Source: a bacterium (GTDB lineage Bacteria; Patescibacteriota; Microgenomatia; Curtissbacterales; GWA2-41-24). Taken from it: a stretch of DNA of 64,000 nucleotides. The stretch lies in NCBI GenBank assembly GCA_021813945.1, contig JAKAJD010000001.1:137744-201743 (forward strand), in the 5' to 3' direction. Below, in pieces: positions 1 to 9,915 of the stretch. The position numbers and the translations under genes are program-made. Position 1 is the first letter of the stretch. Each line of letters starts with the position of its first letter. Under the pieces are notes generated by a model, which searched no databases, was not told the DNA's origin, and saw only the letters and a list, made by a program, of their open reading frames with translations.

Positions 1-185
1 AGGTTAAAGCGGAAAGCGGAAATTCCCTTTTTCTCAAAAAACCTTGCGCCGTTGAAAAACAAATGTTGGTTCATATCACCGGTGAAGCCATGGATAAACA
101 CCAAAAGCGGTTTGTCTAAACTTCCGCGCAAAATCCCATAAATTTTCTTCCCATCATGAGTTGAAATTACTGCTGGTTTTTCCAT
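1..185 (-). CDS. alpha/beta hydrolase fold protein, N-terminal part (gene continues beyond window start)
   Basis: Reverse-strand reading from ATG at about 185 gives MEKPAVISTHDGKKIYGILRGSLDKPLLVFIHGFTGD..., the classic N-terminus of an esterase/lipase-type alpha/beta hydrolase. It lies directly downstream of the GT-C gene on the same strand. Confidence 0.45.
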   Translation of the reverse strand, partial: MEKPAVISTHDGKKIYGILRGSLDKPLLVFIHGFTGDMNQHLFFNGARFFEKKGISAFRFN

Positions 186-207
186 AATCACATTATACAA
201 ACAACCC

Positions 208-1740
208 TTATTCAATTTGCAAAAATCCAAATCTTAAACCATCAGAACTTTGGAAAATTTTCAAATTTGGGTACTTTTCAAAAAACAACGTATCTACAAC
301 GAGCGTATTAGCGGGAAACTTCGATAAATAGTCTTTCCCTAACCCTTGTTCTCCAGATAAAAAATAGGCTCCATCGATTTTCTTGGCTGGAATACTGCCG
401 AATTCAGTGGGATGTAGTGTAGTCGTTTGGACTTCATTGGGTGCTACCTGCTTTTCAAACGCAAAATAGCTAAGCATTACATTATAGGAATCGATAAAAA
501 CCTTATTTTCAACCTTGCTATTTTCGGCAAAATTTATTGCTTGCCTTTGGGTATTTCCCCATAAATTTCCGTATTGTGCGCTGTATTCGCCAAACAGGTA
601 TTGCATTCTGAAAATCGTTTGCCAAACCAAAATAAAAGCACCAAGCGCTATTACCAACAAAATTATTCGGGGCCATTTTTTAATGTTTATTAAAAACTCG
701 ACCCCTAAAGCCGCCAAAAATACAAAGGCAATTATCATCGGACTATTCCGGACGGCGTGTTCACCAAGTCCTGCCAAAGCGGAAGGAACAGGAGTTATTA
801 AAAGAAAACTGGCGATTATAAATTTTGTAGTATTAGTCTGCTTTAAATAACCAATAAGTCCAATCAAAATAAAAGGTAACATTACCCACGGCAATTGTCC
901 TGCACCAAAGGGATTAGTTAAGCGATTAACATCGCCCCTTATAAATAGGAAATTTGGTGAAAAAGCTTTTAAATATTCCTGTGTGATTGAAATCGGATTT
1001 GTGTTTATAAGCTCCGTAACCCTAAAATTTGTGTTGTATTTAGAATATGAAACGGCAAGGATCCCTATCGTAACTAACCAAATCACCGCCATCAAGGCAA
1101 GTATTGCTTTATTCTGCCGCATTTTTTTAAAGTTCAAAATCACCAACCCGGCAAAAATTAATGGCGCAAGGAGTTTATAACCATAGTGGGCCTCCAAAGA
1201 AGCGGCCATAGCAAGCGTTCCGAGGAAATAATAAAAACTGTTTTTCGCACCCTTTAAAAAAAGATAGACGCCTCCAAGCAAAAAGGGAATCCCAAAACCT
1301 GCTAGAAAAGCAATTCGTGTCAAATGAATATGCCATGGCAGAAATGCAAGTATAAAAAGCGATGTTATTGCAAATAACTTAGATTTAGGGGATAGCTCTT
1401 GTCCCAAGAGATAAATCAAAACAAGAGTGCTGATTCCGGCAAGTGCGGCTGGCAGTCTAACAACCCAGGGCCATAACCCAAAAACGGCCAAAAATGGTGC
1501 CAATAAATAAGGGTAAAGTGGTGGATAATAACCACTCGACTGAAAAGCCAGTGGCAAAAGATGGCCGTAAACATCTCGGCCGGTTTTTAAAACACTATAA
1601 CTGTCGAGTCCGTAAAGCACTTCGTCAAAATATAGGCCAGGGCGATGGCCTAAGTATATAAGTCGCAGAATTGCGCCTGCGGCAAAAACCAAAAATGCAA
1701 AAATTAATATGAATTTATTTTTATTGAATTTGAACATCAC
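208..1740 (-). CDS. polytopic GT-C fold glycosyltransferase, ArnT/PMT-like (GT39/GT83 family)
   Basis: 510 aa with many TM helices. The N-terminal loop reads YFDEVLYGLDSYS...GHLLPLAF, matching the Dol-P-Man/undecaprenyl-P-sugar transferase family pattern. Confidence 0.6.
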   Translation of the reverse strand: MMFKFNKNKFILIFAFLVFAAGAILRLIYLGHRPGLYFDEVLYGLDSYSVLKTGRDVYGHLLPLAFQSSGYYPPLYPYLLAPFLAVFGLWPWVVRLPAALAGISTLVLIYLLGQELSPKSKLFAITSLFILAFLPWHIHLTRIAFLAGFGIPFLLGGVYLFLKGAKNSFYYFLGTLAMAASLEAHYGYKLLAPLIFAGLVILNFKKMRQNKAILALMAVIWLVTIGILAVSYSKYNTNFRVTELINTNPISITQEYLKAFSPNFLFIRGDVNRLTNPFGAGQLPWVMLPFILIGLIGYLKQTNTTKFIIASFLLITPVPSALAGLGEHAVRNSPMIIAFVFLAALGVEFLINIKKWPRIILLVIALGAFILVWQTIFRMQYLFGEYSAQYGNLWGNTQRQAINFAENSKVENKVFIDSYNVMLSYFAFEKQVAPNEVQTTTLHPTEFGSIPAKKIDGAYFLSGEQGLGKDYLSKFPANTLVVDTLFFEKYPNLKIFQSSDGLRFGFLQIE

Positions 1741-1809
1741 TTCTAGGGCTCATTGGGAGTATAGCAAACAAAGTTTGCATAGATAATGTTCTATTGAGCA
1801 TTTTCTCTG

Positions 1810-2490
1810 TTATAAATTCGGTCTTAACTCCACATCAATAAGCCTCTTTACCCCAGGCCCATTTCCAATAACAGCATTTCGAGACTCGGTACGGTTGCCA
1901 ACATATAGTCCGTGTTCGGCAAGTTGACCGGAAGCTCTCACTAAATCTTCATCGCTTTTAATTGGTACAGCTTTCCCGTGAATGTATGGTAAGGAATAAC
2001 CAATAAGAACAACGCCCTCATCCGTTTTTGTTGACCAAACGGCTACCGGCTTGTCGACGAATTGTGGAAGTAGCACAGAACCTAAAACGTGCCCTACCAC
2101 TTGCAAGCCTAGTAAATTTCTCCCTTCGCCTTCAGTGCTTTGCACACAAGCATTTCTGGCCAACAGTAAATCTGCACCAACACTCTGCTCGGCGTCTAAT
2201 CTATCGAGCTCGTCGTCTTCGCACGAAAGCATATAGTCAATTTGGTCTGAAAAAGTTGCCATTATCTTGAGGGTTACCAAGTCTGGCCCCACGGGATTTC
2301 TCATTCTAAAAACTTCGCTGTGGGAAGATTTAGCAGAAAGTGTTGAAATACCAAGCTCCTCGCGTCTGCCTAATGCGTTGTCGAAATCCAAAACAGGTAT
2401 TTGGGAAACCAAACATTCAACGTTAATTGGTTGCAGACGGAGAAAATCCGCATGACAATCTCTGATTCCAAGCCTATTAATTTCGACCAT
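1810..2490 (-). CDS. hypothetical protein
   Basis: 226-aa ORF downstream of the histidine kinase on the same strand. No receiver-domain or other motif is recognisable. GC is slightly higher than neighbouring genes. Confidence 0.4.
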   Translation of the reverse strand: MVEINRLGIRDCHADFLRLQPINVECLVSQIPVLDFDNALGRREELGISTLSAKSSHSEVFRMRNPVGPDLVTLKIMATFSDQIDYMLSCEDDELDRLDAEQSVGADLLLARNACVQSTEGEGRNLLGLQVVGHVLGSVLLPQFVDKPVAVWSTKTDEGVVLIGYSLPYIHGKAVPIKSDEDLVRASGQLAEHGLYVGNRTESRNAVIGNGPGVKRLIDVELRPNL

Positions 2491-2548
2491 ATTTTGCAGA
2501 TTGTTGCGGTTTTCAAAGTGAAGTCAAGTTTAATGCGGTTGACTCTAA

Positions 2549-3613
2549 TTAATATCTGAGCGGAAGTTGCAGAAAAAAAGTTGAACCACGCTTGCCGTTA
2601 CTTTTTGCCCATATTTTACCCTTATGCCTTCGAACTATCTCAGCGGACAAAAATAAACCCAAACCGAGCCCTTGCGACTTATCACCCTCTAGTTTTTTTG
2701 ATCTGTAAAATTCTTTGAAAATATTTTTCAAATCGCCTTTTGATACTCCGATGCCCTGATCTTTAACGGACAATCTCACCCCACCGGCAACCGAATTAAC
2801 TCTTACGTCAATTGGAAATTCGGAAGGTGAATACTTTATGGCATTTGTGAGAAGGTTAGTTATCACTTGCCCGATTCTGTACCTGTCGCCACTTACAGTT
2901 TTACGGCTTGCCCCTGAAAGATTAATTTTACGTTTAGGATTAGCCATTTTTTGCTGAACAACAACCTCATCTACGAGATTATCAAAATCATAAAGCTCTA
3001 AGTGATAATCGAATTTGCCAATCTCTATTCTTGTGACATCTAAAAGGTCATTGATGATTTCTAACATTTTTGCAGATTGGACCTCAATTTTTTCAAGATA
3101 TTCAGAACACGTTTTTTTGCTCAACCTTTTATCCCGCCTTAGAAAAGACGAAAAACTGACAATACTTGTTAGTGGATTTTTAAGCTCATGTGCTGCAAGC
3201 GCAATGAATTTGTCTTTTTGAAATTCAATTTCATATCTGGCTTCACTAATAATGCTTATTATCAACCCTTCAAATAAAAAAAGGGCCGTGACAGCTAGAT
3301 CGTCTACTCGTGGTACCGGGTCGAGGGCAAGAAATGTGAAAAAATTTAATACAGAAACGAGTAAACTGGAAAACAAACCTGGCCCCAAACCCCCATACCA
3401 GCCGCTTATTGTAACTATCATTACGAAAAGTGAAAAAGCTGCAGCCTGGGGCTTTATAAATTGCAAGAAATGCTCTCTTAAGAGGAAACCCGAAGTAAAT
3501 ACTACAAGCGTTAACACTAGGGAGAAGCCATACCTTCTTATTCGGCTTCGCCCCTGAAGATAAGCCAACTTTCCAAGAGTAGATTTAATACGATACCAAT
3601 ATTCTTCTAACAA
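2549..3613 (-). CDS. sensor histidine kinase (membrane-anchored, HisKA + HATPase_c)
   Basis: Four N-terminal TM segments. H-box is AAHELKNPLTSI. G-boxes are DQGIGV...GLGLGLFLSAEIV. No adjacent response regulator. Confidence 0.85.
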   Translation of the reverse strand: MLEEYWYRIKSTLGKLAYLQGRSRIRRYGFSLVLTLVVFTSGFLLREHFLQFIKPQAAAFSLFVMIVTISGWYGGLGPGLFSSLLVSVLNFFTFLALDPVPRVDDLAVTALFLFEGLIISIISEARYEIEFQKDKFIALAAHELKNPLTSIVSFSSFLRRDKRLSKKTCSEYLEKIEVQSAKMLEIINDLLDVTRIEIGKFDYHLELYDFDNLVDEVVVQQKMANPKRKINLSGASRKTVSGDRYRIGQVITNLLTNAIKYSPSEFPIDVRVNSVAGGVRLSVKDQGIGVSKGDLKNIFKEFYRSKKLEGDKSQGLGLGLFLSAEIVRRHKGKIWAKSNGKRGSTFFLQLPLRY

Positions 3614-3705
3614 AGCACGAAAGGTTTATCACCAAAGCTTCATTTTGTCAACGCAGAAACCCTGGATAAATTTTGACTTTTTTCCGGCTAATATATAATA
3701 GGACT

Positions 3706-4836
3706 GTGAAAATTGCATTGGTTCACGACGACTTTTGCCAGCAGGGTGGGGCAGAGAGCTTGTTTGCAACAATCGCGTCGATATACCCCGACGCACCCAT
3801 CTACACTTCCCTGGTCAACTGGTCAAAGCTTCCAAAATCAATTGAAAAAAGCAGGATTCATACATCTTTCATGCAAAAAATCCCTTTTGCCACAAAATTT
3901 TATAAATTACTACTCTCCCTTTATCCACTTGCATTTGAAAGCTTCAATTTTGACCGCTACGATCTTGTTCTCTCATCAACCACCAGATTTGCTAAATCCA
4001 TAGTCACCAAGCCAAAAACAACCCACGTTTCTTATCTAAACAGTGCGCCGCGGTTTTTGTGGAATCAAGATTCGCAAAATGATTATCTTCCGCGAGTCTT
4101 AAGATTTTTACTTTCATCTCTTTTTTCCTGGCTCAAGCGTTGGGACAAAGCCTCATCTTCCCGCGTTGATTTTTATATCGCTAATTCTCAAAACGTAAAA
4201 AATAAAATCAAGGAAATTTACAACCGTGAAGCCCAAGTTGTTTGCCCCTATGCCAACACAGATTTTTTCAATATTCCCAAAATCCACAATTGGGCGCTAA
4301 AAAGCCAAAATTATTTTCTTTTAGTCAGTCGTTTAGTGAAATGGAAAAAAATAGATTTGGCAATAGAAGCGGCACAAGATCTAGGCGCAAATTTAATTGT
4401 AGTCGGTGACGGCCCGGACAGAAAAAGGCTGGAAAACCTTGCTGTCAGCCGTAAGCAATCAGCAGTGAGCAACAAAATAACTTTTGCGGGCAAAGTTTCG
4501 CTGGAGGAATTGCGGAGTTATTATCAAAATTGTGTAGGATTAATTGTTACCCAGGAAGAAGATTTTGGAATCGCCCAAGTAGAAGCTCAAGCATGCGGCA
4601 AGGCAGTCATCGCCTACCAAAAGGGCGGTTCGGCTGAAACGGTTATAGACGGTAAAACCGGCATACTCTTTAAACACCAGTTGAAAGAGAGCCTAAAAGA
4701 TGCAATTGTCCGCTTCAGTAAGGTAAAATGGAAAAGCGCGGCGGTAAGGAGAAACTCATTGAAGTTTTCTAAAGCCGCCTTTACAAAAGGCTTAAGAGAT
4801 CAGGTAAACATATGGCAGAAGCAAACGATAATTTAA
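3706..4836 (+). CDS. glycosyltransferase family 4 (GT-B, RfaB-like)
   Basis: C-terminal E-x7-E motif region EDFGIAQVEAQACGKAVIAYQKGGSAETV. Probable start is GTG 3706 (VKIALVHD). The track ORF from 3673 would begin upstream of the TTGACT/TATAAT promoter elements. Confidence 0.85.
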   Translation: MKIALVHDDFCQQGGAESLFATIASIYPDAPIYTSLVNWSKLPKSIEKSRIHTSFMQKIPFATKFYKLLLSLYPLAFESFNFDRYDLVLSSTTRFAKSIVTKPKTTHVSYLNSAPRFLWNQDSQNDYLPRVLRFLLSSLFSWLKRWDKASSSRVDFYIANSQNVKNKIKEIYNREAQVVCPYANTDFFNIPKIHNWALKSQNYFLLVSRLVKWKKIDLAIEAAQDLGANLIVVGDGPDRKRLENLAVSRKQSAVSNKITFAGKVSLEELRSYYQNCVGLIVTQEEDFGIAQVEAQACGKAVIAYQKGGSAETVIDGKTGILFKHQLKESLKDAIVRFSKVKWKSAAVRRNSLKFSKAAFTKGLRDQVNIWQKQTII

Positions 4837-5915
4837 AGTTCGCCCTTTTCTGCGGAGGGTCCGGAACACGCATGTGGCCGATGTCCAGAAAAAGTCTCCC
4901 CAAACAATTCCAGCCCTTAATTGAAAACCAATCTACTTTTGAAATGATGATAAAGCGCCTATCGTCTAAATTCCCCATGCATAGCATTTTCCCAGTGACA
5001 ACCCGTGATAACGTCCAGTGGATTGTCAAACTGGCTCCCGAAATTCCGCTGGAAAATATCATAATCGAACCGGAAATGAGAGATACCGCAGCAGCAGTTG
5101 GTTTGGCAGCAGCCGTTCTAAACAAAAAATTTGACGATCCTTTGGTAGTCAGCTTATGGAGCGATCACGTCGTCAGGAACGAAAAAGAATTCATAGCAGC
5201 CATTGAACTTGCAGCAAAAACTGCCCAAAAAGAAGGTAAGTTTGTTAAAATCGGCGTCCGTCCTGCCTTTGCCAGTATTGCACTGGGTTATCTGCAGTTG
5301 GGAAAGATGCTTGGCCGCGAAAACGGAATGGCCATTTTTGAATATGTCACTCAAATCGAAAAACCTGATTACAAAGACGCAAAGCGGTTTACCGAGAGCT
5401 GGGAATACCTTTGGCACATTGGATACTGCGTTTGGTCTGCACAAAAAATGCTGGCTCTTTACGAAAAGCATTTCAAAGAGGCCTACAACTGTTTGGTAAA
5501 AATAAGTGATGCTTGGGGCACACCGAATCAAGAAGAAGTTTTAAAAAAGGAATATCCCAAAATACCTAAAACATCCGTAGACTACGCCATCTATTCCCAC
5601 CTAACGGGCGAAGACCAACTGGTTGTTTCGGCAGATTTAGGCTGGCGCGATGTGGGAACTTGGAACGAGTTAAAAGACGAAATGGCCTCAAAGCCAGAAG
5701 ATATCATAACGCAGGGTGATGTTTCCCACATTGACGTAAAAGATAGCCTTATTTACTCCACAGTTGAGAAAAAAGTAATTGCCGCAATTGGGGTTGAAGG
5801 CTTAATTGTCGTAGACACCGAAGATGCACTTTTAATTGTCCCCAAAGATAAGACTCAGGATGTTAAAAAAGTAATAGAAAAGTTAAAAGAGGAGAAAAAA
5901 GAAGACTTCCTCTAG
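4812..5915 (+). CDS. mannose-1-phosphate guanylyltransferase-like sugar nucleotidyltransferase
   Basis: N-terminus reads FALFCGGSGTRMWPMSRKSLPKQF, the ManC/GMP signature. Overlaps the GT4 stop by 25 nt. Confidence 0.75.
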   Translation: MAEANDNLKFALFCGGSGTRMWPMSRKSLPKQFQPLIENQSTFEMMIKRLSSKFPMHSIFPVTTRDNVQWIVKLAPEIPLENIIIEPEMRDTAAAVGLAAAVLNKKFDDPLVVSLWSDHVVRNEKEFIAAIELAAKTAQKEGKFVKIGVRPAFASIALGYLQLGKMLGRENGMAIFEYVTQIEKPDYKDAKRFTESWEYLWHIGYCVWSAQKMLALYEKHFKEAYNCLVKISDAWGTPNQEEVLKKEYPKIPKTSVDYAIYSHLTGEDQLVVSADLGWRDVGTWNELKDEMASKPEDIITQGDVSHIDVKDSLIYSTVEKKVIAAIGVEGLIVVDTEDALLIVPKDKTQDVKKVIEKLKEEKKEDFL

Positions 5916-5931
5916 AATTTTATCCAAACTA

Positions 5932-6582
5932 ATGTTTTACGATTTCATAAAAAGAACTATTGATATTATTGGAAGTGCAACTCTAATAATTATTTTTCTG
6001 CCAATTTATATTATCTTCGCTCTTCTTATCATGCTCACAACCTATGGTCCGGTTTTTTATTCGCCCGAAAGGGTAGGCAAAGGGGGCCGGATTTTTAAAA
6101 TGCTAAAATTCAGAAGCATGAGAATGTATAAAATTGATGGTCGCATTGTCCATGCTCAAGAATATCTAGAAACTAATCCCAAACTTAAAAAAGAATATCA
6201 AAAGAACAGCTTTAAACTTCAAAACGACCCGCGTGTGACTCCAATTGGCAAAATCCTAAGACGGCTTTCAATAGATGAGCTTCCGCAACTCATCAATGTA
6301 CTAAAAGGTGACATGTCGCTTGTTGGGCCGCGCGCTTACCAGCAAGACGAGCTCTCGCATCAGCAAAAAGTTTACCCTCATACTGCCAAATTTGTTAAGA
6401 TGATTCTTAAGGCCCGCCCTGGAGCGTCTGGTCCCTGGCAAGTCTCTGGGCGTTCCTTTATTAATTTCGACAAACGCGTGGAAATGGATGCTGTCTATGT
6501 CGAGCGCAGATCGATTCTTTACGATATTTGGATTATAATTAAGACTCCGGTGGCAATGATAAGTGGAAATGGTGCTATCTAA
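5932..6582 (+). CDS. polyprenyl-phosphate sugar phosphotransferase (bacterial sugar transferase, WbaP/PglC family)
   Basis: One N-terminal TM helix. Conserved block KFRSM...DPRVTPIGKILRRLSIDELPQLINVLKGDMSLVGPR. Confidence 0.85.
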   Translation: MFYDFIKRTIDIIGSATLIIIFLPIYIIFALLIMLTTYGPVFYSPERVGKGGRIFKMLKFRSMRMYKIDGRIVHAQEYLETNPKLKKEYQKNSFKLQNDPRVTPIGKILRRLSIDELPQLINVLKGDMSLVGPRAYQQDELSHQQKVYPHTAKFVKMILKARPGASGPWQVSGRSFINFDKRVEMDAVYVERRSILYDIWIIIKTPVAMISGNGAI

Positions 6583-6585
6583 TTT

Positions 6586-8400
6586 ATGAAGAAAAAAATC
6601 GCACTTATAATACTTCTTCTTATTCTTTTTTTTGGATTCTTTGCAATTCGCGCAGCACTCTCGCTTCAATCTGGTATTAAAACAGCCAGCAAAGCAGTTG
6701 GTGCAATGAAACTCCAGGATTTAGATGCCACCAAAGCCTATCTTTCGGATGCCAAAAAGCAATTTACAAGCGCCCAGAGTTCACTCAATGTTTTAACTCC
6801 CATAAGAGTAGTCCCGCTTTTGGGCTGGTATGTGGCAGATGCCCAAAGAGGAACTTCTGCAGCGGTTTCTGGCCTGAACGCTGCCGAAACCTTAACTAAT
6901 GCAATAACTCCCTATGCAGACGTTTTAGGGCTTAAAGGAAAAGGATCATTTTTAGGTGGAACAGCCCAAGAACGCCTTTCAAGCGCTATCGAAACTCTTT
7001 CCAAAGTCAGCCCCCAGCTAGATTCAGTTGGCAAGGATCTCGAACAAGCAAGAGCTCAAATCGACCAGATTGCAGCTTGGCGCTATCCCAATATACTTCC
7101 CGGAAAGCCTGGCAAAAAAATAGATCAGGCAAAAAACGCCTTGGATGGAATCGAAACATTTATTGTAGACACCAGGCCTCTTGTTAACGTTTTGCCTCAG
7201 ATAATGGGCGAAGACAGCCCCAAAAAGTATCTAGTTCTTTTGCAAAACGACAAAGAGTTAAGACCTACCGGCGGTTTTATTACAGCCTATGCTGTTTTCA
7301 ACGTCTCCAAAGGGAAAATTGAGTCAGAAGGTTCACAAGATATTTATTCGCTAGACGCAACAGTTCTCAAAAAAGTACCGCCGCCGGCCCCTATTGCCAA
7401 GTATCTAAACGTTTCAAGCTTTAGCCTTCGCGATTCAAACTTTTCTCCCGACTTCGTTTCCTCAATGAACCAATTTCAAAGCTTATACAACAGTTCATCT
7501 CAAAAGAAAAATATAGACGGAATCATAACTGTTGATACTCAATTTGTCTTGGACATGGTTAAAGTTCTTGGCCCAATTGATGCTTATGGAACAAAGTTTA
7601 CAGCCGATAACGTTGATGCCTGCGGTTGCCCTCAAATAATCTACCAGTTGGAAAGTTTTGCCGACCAGCCAAAAGGCACCGAAAGTGGTGGCAGAAAAGA
7701 CATCATTGCAGTTTTAATGCAGCAAATGATGGCCAAAACTTTCTCTGCTCCCAAATCCACATGGCCGAATATCTTAACAACGATGCTCAATTCCTTAAGA
7801 GAAAAGGATGTGCTTCTTTATTTCAAAGATTCCAATTCGCAAGCTGCTGTAGAAAGAGTTAATTACGCCGGCCGCTTGTATCAGTACGACGGAGATTATC
7901 TGGCAATAAATGAAGCAAACTTGGGGGGTGCCAAGTCAAACCTTTATATTCAAGAAAACGCTAATTTAAAAGTTGAAAAAGGCAAGGATGGTAATCTTCA
8001 CAACACTTTAACAATCGAATACAAATACCCAAGAGCCATGGACAACTGTAATTTGGAAAGGAAAGGAGGCTTATGCTTGGCTGGAATTTACCAGGATTAC
8101 ATCAGAATTTATGTTCCCAAAGGTGCAACCATTATTAAAGCTTCAGGTACCGAAGTGCCTCTTGCCGCCTCGGAGGATCTCGGCAAAACTGTTTTCGGCG
8201 GCTTTTTCACTGTCCGCCCTCAAGGCACTGCGAAAATTCAAGTCGAATATTCGGTCCCCATTAAAGCTACCGGTACTTATAAACTTTTAATTCAAAAGGA
8301 ACCGGGTACGCCAGGTTATTCCTATCAATTAGATGCCTTTGGAAACAAAACTAAAACTTTCCCCTTAGATACCGATAAGGAATTTAAAACCTCCATTTAG
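6586..8400 (+). CDS. large membrane-anchored extracytoplasmic protein (possibly DUF4012-like)
   Basis: 604 aa, N-terminal signal anchor, no enzymatic motif. Lies 3 nt after the sugar transferase. The family call is from memory and low confidence. Confidence 0.4.
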   Translation: MKKKIALIILLLILFFGFFAIRAALSLQSGIKTASKAVGAMKLQDLDATKAYLSDAKKQFTSAQSSLNVLTPIRVVPLLGWYVADAQRGTSAAVSGLNAAETLTNAITPYADVLGLKGKGSFLGGTAQERLSSAIETLSKVSPQLDSVGKDLEQARAQIDQIAAWRYPNILPGKPGKKIDQAKNALDGIETFIVDTRPLVNVLPQIMGEDSPKKYLVLLQNDKELRPTGGFITAYAVFNVSKGKIESEGSQDIYSLDATVLKKVPPPAPIAKYLNVSSFSLRDSNFSPDFVSSMNQFQSLYNSSSQKKNIDGIITVDTQFVLDMVKVLGPIDAYGTKFTADNVDACGCPQIIYQLESFADQPKGTESGGRKDIIAVLMQQMMAKTFSAPKSTWPNILTTMLNSLREKDVLLYFKDSNSQAAVERVNYAGRLYQYDGDYLAINEANLGGAKSNLYIQENANLKVEKGKDGNLHNTLTIEYKYPRAMDNCNLERKGGLCLAGIYQDYIRIYVPKGATIIKASGTEVPLAASEDLGKTVFGGFFTVRPQGTAKIQVEYSVPIKATGTYKLLIQKEPGTPGYSYQLDAFGNKTKTFPLDTDKEFKTSI

Positions 8401-8438
8401 CTTCAAAATTAATCTTTTTTTGATATACTTAATGTAGT

Positions 8439-9074
8439 ATGTACGTTTCTACAGATTGCGTTGTTCTTGCCCATAGGAATTTTAACGAGGCAGACAAAAT
8501 TTTAACCATCTACACAAAAGAATTTGGCAAAATGGCTTGCATCGCCAAAGGTGTGAGAAGGCCAACTTCCAAAAAAGGCGGCCATGTTGTTCCCGGTAAC
8601 TGGTGCAAGGTCTTTATTGCCAAAGGTAAGCGCTTAGATCTTTTAACAGAGGCAGAGCTCAAAAAAGCTTTTGGGATAAAAAAGCCAACCCTTGGCAAAA
8701 CTGGCAACGTTTTTCATCTTTTGGAACTTGTTAACCAGCTAACAGAAGAGAACCAAAAAAATCCTCAAGTTTTTTCGCTGCTTGTCGATTTTTTAGACAA
8801 AGTTGACCGCGAAGAAGATTTCGACCTTATATCTGCTGCTTTTAAAATAAAACTCCTTTCCGCCTTGGGATTTTTCTCCGCAAAAAGCTTCAAAAGTTCG
8901 ACAACCCAAAGCCTTATTAAATCTTTTGAAGAAGAAAATTTCACAGATTTAAAAGAAAATCTAACGATTAAAAGAGAGTCTTATTTGAAACTTTTGTCGT
9001 TTCTTGATAGCATAATTGAAAGCCTAATAGATACTAAATTAAAGACAACTCGCTTTACTAATGGAAAAATCTAA
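8439..9074 (+). CDS. recO: DNA repair protein RecO
   Basis: N-terminal OB-fold region MYVSTDCVVLAHRNFNEADKILTIYTKEFGKMACIAKGVRRPTSK, typical of RecO. Confidence 0.65.
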   Translation: MYVSTDCVVLAHRNFNEADKILTIYTKEFGKMACIAKGVRRPTSKKGGHVVPGNWCKVFIAKGKRLDLLTEAELKKAFGIKKPTLGKTGNVFHLLELVNQLTEENQKNPQVFSLLVDFLDKVDREEDFDLISAAFKIKLLSALGFFSAKSFKSSTTQSLIKSFEEENFTDLKENLTIKRESYLKLLSFLDSIIESLIDTKLKTTRFTNGKI

Positions 9075-9915
9075 AAAGTCTACCTACATTATCGCAGCAG
9101 TAAGTTTGATTGTGATCCTCGTCGCAGTTTATTTCTTATTTATTTTCCAAAAATCGCCTCAAAAACCGAAAGCAATAACAAATCCGGATAATATCATAAG
9201 CGCTGACCAGATGGATCTTGCCAAGAAGCCGTTTGTAACACTAACCCCAGTTACGGGTGGGGCAGAAGTGATAATCACCATCAAAAATATGTCTGAATTT
9301 GACAAAATAGAATATGAGCTTACTTATCAAGCCGACAATCCCCAGTCGCCGGGTCAGAAAATCGAACGTGGCGCAACAGGAACAGACGTTAATCCAAAAG
9401 ATTCAGAATATAAAAAATCAATTCTATTAGGCACAGCCTCAAAAGGTGTTAGGAGTCCCGACAAAGGAATCACAGACGGCAAGTTAACTCTGCATATGTT
9501 TAAAGGAGAAACCGAATACCGGTCAGAAACTCCTTGGGATTTTTTCCAGGCTGGAAGCGCAAAAGAACAAATAAAGGACAGATCAGAAAAAGTCGCCTGG
9601 TCACTCCCCTCTATGGGTCAGGATTATTGGATTGTGATTTCCGACACTGTCGGTGTCCCGCCCGGTGCAAGCGGCTTTAATGTTAAAGATGTTGTCCTTC
9701 CTGTTTACGGTGCGTTTTCCATTGCCCCGGATTTCAAAAAACCTGCTGAAGTTACTGTAAACGTTAGCACCAATTCCCAAAATCCAATGCTTTATAGCTA
9801 CAATAATAAAGATCAATCATGGCAGAAACTCGATGCCAAATTCGACTCTTCTCAAAAAACTCTGACTGCAAACGTCACAAACTTTAGCTCTTTTGTTGTT
9901 GTAGCCCCAAAATGA
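9061..9915 (+). CDS. hypothetical membrane-anchored protein
   Basis: 284 aa. One N-terminal TM helix followed by a Thr/Ser-rich extracytoplasmic region. Overlaps the recO end and the glyQS start. Confidence 0.55.
   Translation: MEKSKKSTYIIAAVSLIVILVAVYFLFIFQKSPQKPKAITNPDNIISADQMDLAKKPFVTLTPVTGGAEVIITIKNMSEFDKIEYELTYQADNPQSPGQKIERGATGTDVNPKDSEYKKSILLGTASKGVRSPDKGITDGKLTLHMFKGETEYRSETPWDFFQAGSAKEQIKDRSEKVAWSLPSMGQDYWIVISDTVGVPPGASGFNVKDVVLPVYGAFSIAPDFKKPAEVTVNVSTNSQNPMLYSYNNKDQSWQKLDAKFDSSQKTLTANVTNFSSFVVVAPK

Noticed and set aside
1810-2490. Considered whether the ORF downstream of the histidine kinase is its response regulator
   Set aside because: No receiver-domain hallmarks (acidic pocket DD, phospho-acceptor D-region, T/S and K motifs in the right spacing) and wrong length, so it is kept as hypothetical.
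3673-3705. Track start for the GT4 gene (MTFFRLIYNRT...)
   Set aside because: The extension begins at the -35 hexamer and spans the -10 element. The canonical GT4 N-terminus (KIALVHD) begins at GTG 3706.
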